This document shows, one piece after another, positions 24,348 through 30,586 of a DNA stretch of 32,000 nucleotides. Under the pieces are notes generated by a model. It ran no database searches. It had not been told where the DNA came from and was given only the letters and a program-made list of their open reading frames with translations. Position 1 is the first letter of the stretch. Each line of letters opens with the position of its first letter. The position numbers and the translations under genes are program-made. The DNA lies in the NCBI RefSeq assembly GCF_000015225.1, contig NC_008698.1, positions 1,650,001 to 1,682,000 on the forward strand, read 5' to 3'. Source of the DNA: Thermofilum pendens Hrk 5 (GTDB lineage Archaea; Thermoproteota; Thermoprotei; Thermofilales; Thermofilaceae).

Positions 24348-25610
24348 TTATATGGGCTTCGGAGTCCTTCTCCAGACGCGCGGCCTTCTCAGGATTATCT
24401 CGGCGAGGGCGTGGAGGGCGACCGCGGAGAGCGTGAACCAGTACGCGTAGATAACCGGGACCCAGGCTAGGTTCTTCGCGCTTACGGGCCTCTCGCTGAG
24501 CGCGAGGGCGACGCTGACCGAGAAGAGGGACACGGCGTTCAGCGCGGCGACGAGGGCGGCGGGTGTCGAGAAGTGGTTTACGTGGGGCAAAGCCGTCGAG
24601 GCGAGCCAGGCGGCCACCGCTAGGAGGCTGAGCGCCATCAGGTAGGGCCCCGCCGAGAGGATGGCGGCGTCCAGCCCCCTCCTGCCCGCGAGGGCGAGGC
24701 GCAGGTGCCTCGCGAATGCCTCCATGTACCCCCTATACCACCTGTTCCTCTGCACGGCGAGGCTCCTCAGCGAGGTCGGCGCCTCCTGCCAGGAGACGAC
24801 GTCGTTCGCGTACTTCACCCTGTAGCCCCTGGCGAGGAGGTCCATCGATAGCTCCAGGTCCTCCGCGAGGGCGTCCTCCCTCCACCCCCCGACCTCCTCG
24901 AGCGCGCTCCTCTTAACGAACTGGCAGCTCCCGGTGAGCGGTACGAAGAGCCCGAGCCTCTCCCTCCCGCGTATGAGCGCGTGGAACCAGGCCTTCTCCT
25001 CCTTGGAGGCTACCCTCGCGAGCACCGATTCGCGCTCGTTGAGTACCAGCGTCTTCCCCTGGACCGCGGCGACCCCCGGCTCCTCGAGGTGCTTCACGGC
25101 GCGCCTTATGGCGTCCCTCTCGGGGACGCTGTCCGCGTCGAACACCGCTACGACCTCCCCCGTCGCCTCCCTAAGCGCCCTGTTCAGCGCGGCGGGCTTC
25201 CCGCGGGGCTCCTCCTCCCTTATCAACCTGACCGCGCCCGGGTACCTTTCTCCGGCTCTCCGCACTATCTCCTCGACGTACCCGTCCGAGCTGGCGTCGA
25301 CGACTATCACTTCGAGCTTCTCCAGGGGGTAGTCCGAGGATAGGATAGCGTTGAGGCAACGCTCGACGCGCCTCCCCTCGTCCTTCGACGGCACTATGAC
25401 TGTCACCCTGGGAAGCCCGTTCCCCGGGTCGTCCCCGCTGCCCCGGGGGGCTAGTAGCCCGGCGACGATTATGGGGGCGTGGTAGGCGGACCACGCGAGT
25501 ATGCCCGCGAGGGTGAGGAGGGAGAGGGCGTCTAGAAGCAGGTAGAAGGCTTCCGGGAGCAATCCCGGAGGGGCTACGGCTCCGAGTAGCGCTGACGGCT
25601 CCGACGTCAT
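24348..25610 (-). CDS. Processive membrane-embedded GT2 polysaccharide synthase (BcsA/PgaC/NodC-like), 420 aa
   Basis: It has an N-terminal TM pair, then VTVIVPSKDE, VIVVDASSDG (D), VFDADS (DxD), TGSCQF, LAEDLELS (ED), and AVQRNRWYRG (Q-x-x-R-W), followed by 3-4 C-terminal TM helices. This is the complete motif set of processive beta-glycan synthases. Confidence 0.9.
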   Translation of the reverse strand: MTSEPSALLGAVAPPGLLPEAFYLLLDALSLLTLAGILAWSAYHAPIIVAGLLAPRGSGDDPGNGLPRVTVIVPSKDEGRRVERCLNAILSSDYPLEKLEVIVVDASSDGYVEEIVRRAGERYPGAVRLIREEEPRGKPAALNRALREATGEVVAVFDADSVPERDAIRRAVKHLEEPGVAAVQGKTLVLNERESVLARVASKEEKAWFHALIRGRERLGLFVPLTGSCQFVKRSALEEVGGWREDALAEDLELSMDLLARGYRVKYANDVVSWQEAPTSLRSLAVQRNRWYRGYMEAFARHLRLALAGRRGLDAAILSAGPYLMALSLLAVAAWLASTALPHVNHFSTPAALVAALNAVSLFSVSVALALSERPVSAKNLAWVPVIYAYWFTLSAVALHALAEIILRRPRVWRRTPKPI

Positions 25611-25642
25611 TGTCTCGAAACCTCGTTAAGCTTCTGCGCCAA

Positions 25643-25665
25643 GAACTTTTCTAAAATTTAAAAGT
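25643..25665. promoter_or_regulatory. Inverted repeat spanning the TATA-like box of the GT2 synthase promoter
   Basis: AACTTTT (25643-25649) and AAAAGTT (25659-25665) are perfect reverse complements separated by CTAAAATTT. They lie 33-55 nt upstream of ATG 25610 on the minus strand. A GGCTTT-GTC-AAAGCC hairpin at 25682-25696 plus a T-rich run could terminate the upstream gene. Confidence 0.3.
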
Positions 25666-25727
25666 TTTCGCTCGTTCGAGGGGCTTTGTCAAAGCCGACT
25701 AAAAGAGAGAAGCCTCGCCGAGCGCTG

Positions 25728-26939
25728 CTAAAGCTCGAATTCTATTACCGGGCCGCACTGCTTTTCGAGCTTCGCCGCCCTGCGCACCAGCAGTGCCACT
25801 GCCGCAGCGGAGGCGAGGATTATGGCTAGGAGGGCGAGCCCCGTCGTGACCCTCGGCGCTTCGCCCGGCGGAACCGCGGGGTACTCCCTGGTGGCGTTGC
25901 CCTCTATAAGCGCCACCGAGACGGGCTCCACGGGGTACGACGAGAGCAGGGGCCAGAATGCCTCGCCGAGGGTTAGGGAGCCCCTGCCGCCGGTGAGCGT
26001 GACGTTGTAGGTGTGGGGGCCTACCCTCACCGCGGCGTAGCCGTTTCCCCCGCCCTCCACCGATACCTCGTAGGCGTAGGGGAGGAAGCCGAGGAGGGGT
26101 TTCAGGTCGACGAGCTTCGCCGCGGGTACCTCGGCTCTGCCTATAGCCTTCTCCGAGTCTCCCAGCCTGAGCACGACGCGGGGCGATGCGCCTCCGACGC
26201 CTACCGTCGAGTATGCCTCGGCGACTACCCTGATGGAGGCTGGGGGCGACGCGTAGCCGTCCACGACTATCGAGCCGTTCTCCGCCTTGACGGAGCCGGA
26301 GAAGTTCGCCGCCTCCACGACCCTTAGGTTCTTCAGGGTTGCCCCGGCGACCTCAACCCTCGCCCCGCTGACCGCCAGCCTAGCCGTGGAGTTGCCGCCG
26401 AACACTAGGCGTACTTCCAGCTCGCCCGGCCTGCCGAGCGTTTTCGCCTCCCCGTCTACCCAGCCGTAAAGCCTCAGCTTCTTCACGAGGGTGGCGTTTC
26501 CCACCCCGAGCTTCAGGACGGCTTCCTCCGACTGGTTCAGCGCTGTGAGCCTGAGAGTTCCCGAGAGGGCTACGAGTACCGCTACCCTTCCGCCCGGCTC
26601 GACGCGCGGGGCCTTGAAGAGAGGGTCCTTGGAGGAGTTGTAGGAGCAGGGGCCGGGGGGAGTCTCTAGGAGCGGTGGCACGCTGATTGCGCACTGGAAG
26701 CTCTCGGGCGGCTCCACCGCTAGGTACAGCTTGTCCACGGCTACCTCCTTGTCCGCTGTGTTCACGAATACCGCGGCGAGCCCGCTCCGCGTCGTTGAAA
26801 GCTCTTTGAGGGCGAGCCCCGGCGGGTACACTGTGAGGTTGAGTAGGAGGGGGGTTTCAGGGCGCCGCGTGGATATCGCTAGTACTGGGGATGCTAGGAG
26901 TAGGGCGGCGAGCGCGGCTACCAGGTAGCGCTTCGACAC
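25728..26939 (-). CDS. Surface glycoprotein candidate with signal peptide and C-terminal TM anchor, 403 aa
   Basis: It has a signal-like N-terminus (LVAALAALLLASPVLA), 9 N-x-S/T sequons, and beta-rich V/G/A/L composition. The C-terminus is TTGLALLAIILASAAAVALLV followed by RRAAKLEK. The GTG start has GATAAATACT ~27 nt upstream, consistent with a leaderless transcript. I recognise no family. Confidence 0.7.
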   Translation of the reverse strand: MSKRYLVAALAALLLASPVLAISTRRPETPLLLNLTVYPPGLALKELSTTRSGLAAVFVNTADKEVAVDKLYLAVEPPESFQCAISVPPLLETPPGPCSYNSSKDPLFKAPRVEPGGRVAVLVALSGTLRLTALNQSEEAVLKLGVGNATLVKKLRLYGWVDGEAKTLGRPGELEVRLVFGGNSTARLAVSGARVEVAGATLKNLRVVEAANFSGSVKAENGSIVVDGYASPPASIRVVAEAYSTVGVGGASPRVVLRLGDSEKAIGRAEVPAAKLVDLKPLLGFLPYAYEVSVEGGGNGYAAVRVGPHTYNVTLTGGRGSLTLGEAFWPLLSSYPVEPVSVALIEGNATREYPAVPPGEAPRVTTGLALLAIILASAAAVALLVRRAAKLEKQCGPVIEFEL

Positions 26940-27059
26940 GGGGTGGGACTCGCGCGCAGTATTTATCGCTATCGGGTAGGGGGCTTCCCAGCCAGTCCTC
27001 TAGACAGCCTGGGAAACTGTTAAAGCAAAAAAGCATTAGTTTGCTTGAGAGCAGCGTTG

Positions 27060-27359
27060 CTACTGCTTTTCCTCTTTTTTCTCCTCGGCTTCTAGCTTCT
27101 TGAGCTCCTCCTCTATCTCCTTCTCTATCTCCTCTATCGGCTTAGGAGGGGGAGTAGTGGCAAGCGTGAAGCCTATCCAGGCGAGTATCCCGAGGACCCC
27201 GGCTACAGCAACGAAGCCCGTGAGCTGGAGTAGGAGGAGGGACCACTGGGTGAAGAAGAGGATCCACCCGTAGACCAGTATCCCGGCGATAGAGGCGAGC
27301 ATTATAGCCGTGCCTACGAGCTGGTCCTTGTTCATGGAACCGCCTCCCTTAACAGGCAT
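27060..27359 (-). CDS. Small 2-3 TM protein with an acidic/lysine-rich C-terminal tail, 99 aa (or 91 aa from the second ATG)
   Basis: It has hydrophobic segments (GTAIMLASIAGILVYGWILFF, LLLLQLTGFVAVAGVLGILAWIGF) and then a PPPKP linker and EEIEKEIEEELKKLEAEEKKEEKQ. A second ATG at 27335 is preceded by AAGGGAGGCGG. An A/T-rich box sits directly upstream and an oligo-T run (plus-strand A-run 27026-27032) lies downstream. Confidence 0.6.
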   Translation of the reverse strand: MPVKGGGSMNKDQLVGTAIMLASIAGILVYGWILFFTQWSLLLLQLTGFVAVAGVLGILAWIGFTLATTPPPKPIEEIEKEIEEELKKLEAEEKKEEKQ

Positions 27360-27406
27360 ACACTTTATTATATATTTCGCCGCCGCAAAAAGAAAATATT
27401 TTAAGG

Positions 27407-27700
27407 TTACTCCGGAGACGCTTCCGGCTTGCCGAGACGCTTCCTAGAGACGAAGTAGCCAATAGCGAAGCCCACCACTAAGCCTACCACGGTCCCGGCT
27501 ACGCCTACAAGCTGGGCGCGAGCCTCAGCCTCCGCTAGGCGGGACCTCGACTCGGAGAGCTGAGCCTCAAGGCTCGAAACCTGAGCCTTCAAAGCCGAGA
27601 GATCCGTCTGAGCGCTACTCAGCTTTACCTGCAGGCTTTTAACGTCTTCCTGCAACCTAGTAACGTTCTCCCTGTAGCTCTTCAGCTCCTCCTCCCTCAC
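27407..27700 (-). CDS. Small coiled-coil protein with a C-terminal TM helix (tail-anchor-like), 97 aa
   Basis: It has a heptad-like helical N-terminus (LQEDVKSLQVKLSSAQTDLSALKAQVSSLEAQLSESRSRLAEAEARA), then LVGVAGTVVGLVVGFAIGYFV and a basic tail (SRKRLGK). The GTG start has no obvious SD, so the start is uncertain. Confidence 0.55.
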   Translation of the reverse strand: MREEELKSYRENVTRLQEDVKSLQVKLSSAQTDLSALKAQVSSLEAQLSESRSRLAEAEARAQLVGVAGTVVGLVVGFAIGYFVSRKRLGKPEASPE

Positions 27701-27753
27701 CGCCGGGGCGTGAGGTGCCGCCCGAACCTGCCGGGAGCGGCTAACCCGCGCCT

Positions 27754-28038
27754 TTAGGCCTCGAGCCTAGCCAGGGTCCTCGAGTAGAGCCTCTTCAGCG
27801 CCTCCAGCAGGACCCTCCTCACGCCTTCCGGTATTACCTGCACGTCCTCGCGGGTCAAGCTCCCCAGAGACACTATCTCCAAGCCTATGACCTCTCTCCT
27901 CTCGTCGAGCTTCAGGACGATGTTGTCGTTCAGAGGCTCCGAGAAGCTCTCCCTTCCGGGCTCGTCCAGCCACAGGTCCAGGGTGTCGAGCTCCGGAGCG
28001 TAGTAGACGCGTACCTTCACGTCTGCCGCCTCCTCCAC
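27754..28038 (-). CDS. DUF2283-family protein (putative antitoxin partner)
   Basis: VKVRVYYAPELDTLDLWLDEP...NIVLKLDERREVIGLEIVSL matches the DUF2283 pattern (Y-D-x-E-x-D-x-L-x-I...G-I-E-I). The more likely start is GTG 28020, preceded by GGAGGAGG. The track start GTG 28038 is given as the outer bound. Confidence 0.75.
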   Translation of the reverse strand: MEEAADVKVRVYYAPELDTLDLWLDEPGRESFSEPLNDNIVLKLDERREVIGLEIVSLGSLTREDVQVIPEGVRRVLLEALKRLYSRTLARLEA

Positions 28039-28077
28039 ACCACCTCACCTCTGGCCGCTCTTTTAGTTAAATATCTT

Positions 28078-28350
28078 TTAGTTATAGGCCGTTATTATAA
28101 AACCCTCGCTATTCAAGTGCTTAACGACCACACAGATGAGCTTATCCATGTATGTGCCGTAGTACAGGTACACTCTGGGGTCGCGAGGGCTTCTCCTAAC
28201 CTCGAGGAGGTTCGCCAGAGCCTCTCTGACCACGCCCTCCAGGCCCTTCAGCGAGGGGTGCTTAATGCTGACAATGTACTCCCAGTACCCCCTGGAGACC
28301 CTAACTCTGACCCCTAGTTTACTGGTGACCTCGAAGAGCGGCTCGCGCAC
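28078..28350 (-). CDS. Small toxin-like protein (DUF4258 / RelE-barnase-superfamily-like), 90 aa
   Basis: It has the internal motif YWEYIVSIKHPSL and the C-terminal signature DPRVYLYYG...LICVVVKHLNSEGFIITAY. This resembles small toxins usually encoded just upstream of DUF2283 genes. The GTG start is preceded by GTGAGG. The family assignment comes from my memory of the motif pattern, not from a search. Confidence 0.55.
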   Translation of the reverse strand: MREPLFEVTSKLGVRVRVSRGYWEYIVSIKHPSLKGLEGVVREALANLLEVRRSPRDPRVYLYYGTYMDKLICVVVKHLNSEGFIITAYN

Positions 28351-28367
28351 CCGGCCTCACAGGGGTC

Positions 28368-28517
28368 TCAGCGTCCGCATGAGGAAATAGGTGTCACATA
28401 GATCACGCCGATCCCGAACCTCAGCGCGCGCTTGTAGGCGGCGGAAACCAGCGATGGCGTCAGCGATGGTACTGCAGGCGATGGAGGCTCTCCGCGCGCG
28501 CCCCTCAAGCAAGACAC
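28368..28517 (-). pseudogene. Truncated duplicate of the 5' end of the small gene 20514-20924 (49 codons)
   Basis: It has the same TATA-like box, GTG and first ~34 codons (VSCLRGARGEPPSPAVPSLTPSLVSAAYKRALR). It then diverges and stops at TGA 28368, 17 nt upstream of the toxin-like gene start. Confidence 0.5.
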
Positions 28518-28557
28518 CGCCTTTCTTAGTCGAAGAAAAAATTAATAAAGCTTTTCT
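28414..28557. repeat. Direct repeat copy 2 (see 20821-20963)
   Basis: By-eye alignment gives about 96 percent identity over 143/144 bp in the same orientation. Confidence 0.9.
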
Positions 28558-28752
28558 TTTTTAAAGCACTCTCGGGCAGAATATTTTATTCTTTTTATTG
28601 CCCGAAGATAACTACCTAAGAAGCAATGTCCCTCGAGCTCTGACGCAAGCATGTACTTCGTCAGCTCGCCTGGAGTACTGCCTATAACGTTCCCGTGCTC
28701 CATAGGACTCTTAACCCGCGCGCGAGATTTGCGCGCTTTTGGCTCATTGTTT

Positions 28753-29601
28753 CTACTCGCGTTGTCTGAATAGCTCTTCGTAGTACTCTTCGAGCCTGGG
28801 CTTCATGTCTAGGAACTGCTTTAGGACTTTGACTTCGTACTCGGCTCTCGCCTCCGAATCCCTGTCTAGAACCAGTACGCCCGTTGAGACTACCTCGTAG
28901 GCTAGCGTGAGTGGAGCTTCGTTTAGGTGTACGAGGTCCACGTCTAGGCCTAGCGCGTCTTCGAGCTCGTTTTTCAGCTCTACGAGGTGCTTCCAGGAGG
29001 CTTCGCCCCGCGTGTACACCGCTACGTCGATGTCGCTACGACAGCGGGCCTGACCCTTGGCGCGTGACCCGAATATATAGGCGAAGACTACGTTGCTCCT
29101 GTTGCTGAGCACCCTGGCGATTGTCTCCGCGTCTTTCCCGGCCTTTGGGGGGTCTACCCCTCTGTTTTCGGTGCTCCTGGCGATCTCGTAGACTATGTTT
29201 TCTAGCTCTTCGACTTCGCCTAAAGCCTCGGCTAGCTTGCCGTAGTCTATCCTGGCGTAGCCGTGGACGAGCACGTTCCTCAACCCTACCCACAGCTCGA
29301 GCTTTCCGGCGGACGCCGCGCTGAGCATGCCGGCTCCTCGAAGGATTCTGGCAACGTCGCGGTAGCTCTCGGGCTTGCCGAGCCTCAGCAAGGAGCATAG
29401 CCTCATCCCTGCATCGATTACGGCCTCGATCGCCAGGTGGAGGTACCTCTCGACAGCCCCTCTTACAACGTAGTCACCGGCTAGGGCTTCGGGAGAGGCG
29501 CGCCTTCTCAGCTCTTTGAGCAAGCCTATGTATTCCAGGGCGCGCGCCAGCCTCTCCTTAACTATCACACCGGTTACCCCCCTTCTCCTCCGCTTTCGCA
29601 A
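28753..29601 (-). CDS. Fused HEPN (HepT/DUF86-like) and minimal nucleotidyltransferase (MntA-like) protein, 282 aa
   Basis: The N-terminal half carries GLRNVLVHGY (R-x4-H followed by x-Y). The C-terminal half carries FGSRAKGQARCRSDIDV (exact G-S-x10-D-x-D) plus LDVDLV. It is a continuous ORF with no internal stop. The start is either TTG 29601 (track) or GTG 29568, and either one overlaps the upstream gene. Confidence 0.85.
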   Translation of the reverse strand: MRKRRRRGVTGVIVKERLARALEYIGLLKELRRRASPEALAGDYVVRGAVERYLHLAIEAVIDAGMRLCSLLRLGKPESYRDVARILRGAGMLSAASAGKLELWVGLRNVLVHGYARIDYGKLAEALGEVEELENIVYEIARSTENRGVDPPKAGKDAETIARVLSNRSNVVFAYIFGSRAKGQARCRSDIDVAVYTRGEASWKHLVELKNELEDALGLDVDLVHLNEAPLTLAYEVVSTGVLVLDRDSEARAEYEVKVLKQFLDMKPRLEEYYEELFRQRE

Positions 29602-30397
29602 GCCTCCTCCTCGTCCACCCCCTAACGAGCGCGGCGTAGAGGTGGAGCTTGTAGACCTCGTACTTGTCCCCGTGCTCCTCCACGGCCTTCCTGGCGAGCC
29701 TCAGGAAGTCCTCCGCCTCTTCCATCGTGAACTCGCCTGGATCCTTCTCCAGGTACTCCCTCAGCTTCTCCACCTCCTCCTTCGTTAGGGGGTTGGAGAG
29801 AAGGCTTAGCACGGACCTCAGCTCGGCGCGGACGACGAGCGCCGTCTTTTCCTTTATAACGCCCTCCGAGGCGAGGTAGTCTATGAGGAACTCCTGGTGA
29901 GACTCGAAGCCCTTGACTACCCTTGAGAGCCTAGATTCAACTTTCTCGAGCCCGTGCTCGACGCCTGCAAGCCTGGACTCCGCCCCCTCGAGCCTCCCTT
30001 CGACCCGCGATAGCCTCGCCTCGACGGCGTCCAGCCTTTCCCCCACGTCCCCCAGTGCTTTCTCCACGCCGTCAACCCTCCTCTCCAGCGCTTCGAGCCT
30101 CCCCTCTACCTTGCTGAGCCTTCCCTCCAGGTCGGCGAGCCTCCTCTCCGCCTTGGTAAGCCTCTCCTGCACTCCTCCAAGATTTTCCTCGACGCTTTCA
30201 AGCCTCTCCTCCACTTTGTCGAGCCTTCCCTCTACGCCTTCAAGCCTCTTTTCCACCCCTCCAAGTCTTTCCTCTACTCTGTCTAGCCTGGCGTTAATCT
30301 TCTCGAACTTCCTGCCGAGCCAGTAGGCCATCGAGGAGCTGGCAGCCGCTACGCTTATAACGGTCGAGAGGACGGCGAGCGCTACGGGCTCCGCCAA
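29558..30397 (-). CDS. N-terminally membrane-anchored coiled-coil protein with 18 tandem V-E-x-R-L-x-x heptads and a helical C-terminal domain, 279 aa
   Basis: It has an N-terminal hydrophobic helix (PVALAVLSTVISVAAASSSMAYWLG) followed by RKFEK. Residues ~34-161 are uninterrupted heptads (VEERLGG VEKRLEG VEGRLDK ...). A ~118-aa domain follows (SNPLTKEEVEKLREYLEKDPGEFTMEEAEDFLRLARKAVEEHG). The track start is a TTG. An alternative ATG at 30331 would remove the TM helix. Confidence 0.8.
   Translation of the reverse strand: MAEPVALAVLSTVISVAAASSSMAYWLGRKFEKINARLDRVEERLGGVEKRLEGVEGRLDKVEERLESVEENLGGVQERLTKAERRLADLEGRLSKVEGRLEALERRVDGVEKALGDVGERLDAVEARLSRVEGRLEGAESRLAGVEHGLEKVESRLSRVVKGFESHQEFLIDYLASEGVIKEKTALVVRAELRSVLSLLSNPLTKEEVEKLREYLEKDPGEFTMEEAEDFLRLARKAVEEHGDKYEVYKLHLYAALVRGWTRRRLAKAEEKGGNRCDS
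29915..30298 (-). repeat. 21-bp periodic coding repeat (heptad array) inside the coiled-coil gene
   Basis: The units are degenerate at the DNA level (GAG-x-CTC/CGC-rich). They correspond to 18 protein heptads, and the antisense frame gives a long S/L/P-rich artefact ORF (29913-30326, +). Confidence 0.8.
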
Positions 30398-30586
30398 CGC
30401 GCACCCCTGGAAAACAGGGGCTCAGCCTCATTATATCTGTTGCGGACACCGCCGTGCTGAAAGCCGGAGGAACAGCATTTAGCGGCGGTACGGGTCTGGG
30501 TAAACGGGGAAGCGAGAAATAACCAGCTGAGAACAATTTTGGAGGGTTGCCCGACACTGTCGTAGAGCTACGCGCTGGGCGGGCCT

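Noticed and set aside
27767-28048. 93-aa minus-strand ORF rich in G/R/E overlapping the DUF2283 gene
   Set aside because: It is an off-frame shadow of the DUF2283 ORF, which has a clear family-like pattern.
28557-28703. 49-codon minus-strand ORF (MEHGNVIGSTPGELTKYMLASELEGH...) between the HEPN-MNT gene and repeat copy 2
   Set aside because: It is below the track threshold. Its second half is AT-rich low-complexity sequence that contains a CGGGCA/TGCCCG hairpin, it has no recognisable motif, and it runs into the repeat only for its last codons. It could be a leader or a remnant, but it is not supportable as a gene.
29915-30298. Possible CRISPR-like or tandem-repeat array (regular 21-bp periodicity)
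   Set aside because: The units are degenerate and contiguous with no unique spacers, and they sit in frame within a long ORF. This is a protein heptad repeat, not a CRISPR array.
29913-30326. 137-aa plus-strand S/L/P/T-rich ORF
   Set aside because: It is the antisense reading of the 21-bp periodic heptad array. Its periodic low-complexity sequence is a by-product of the repeat, while the sense-strand coiled-coil protein has a coherent TM-rod-domain architecture.
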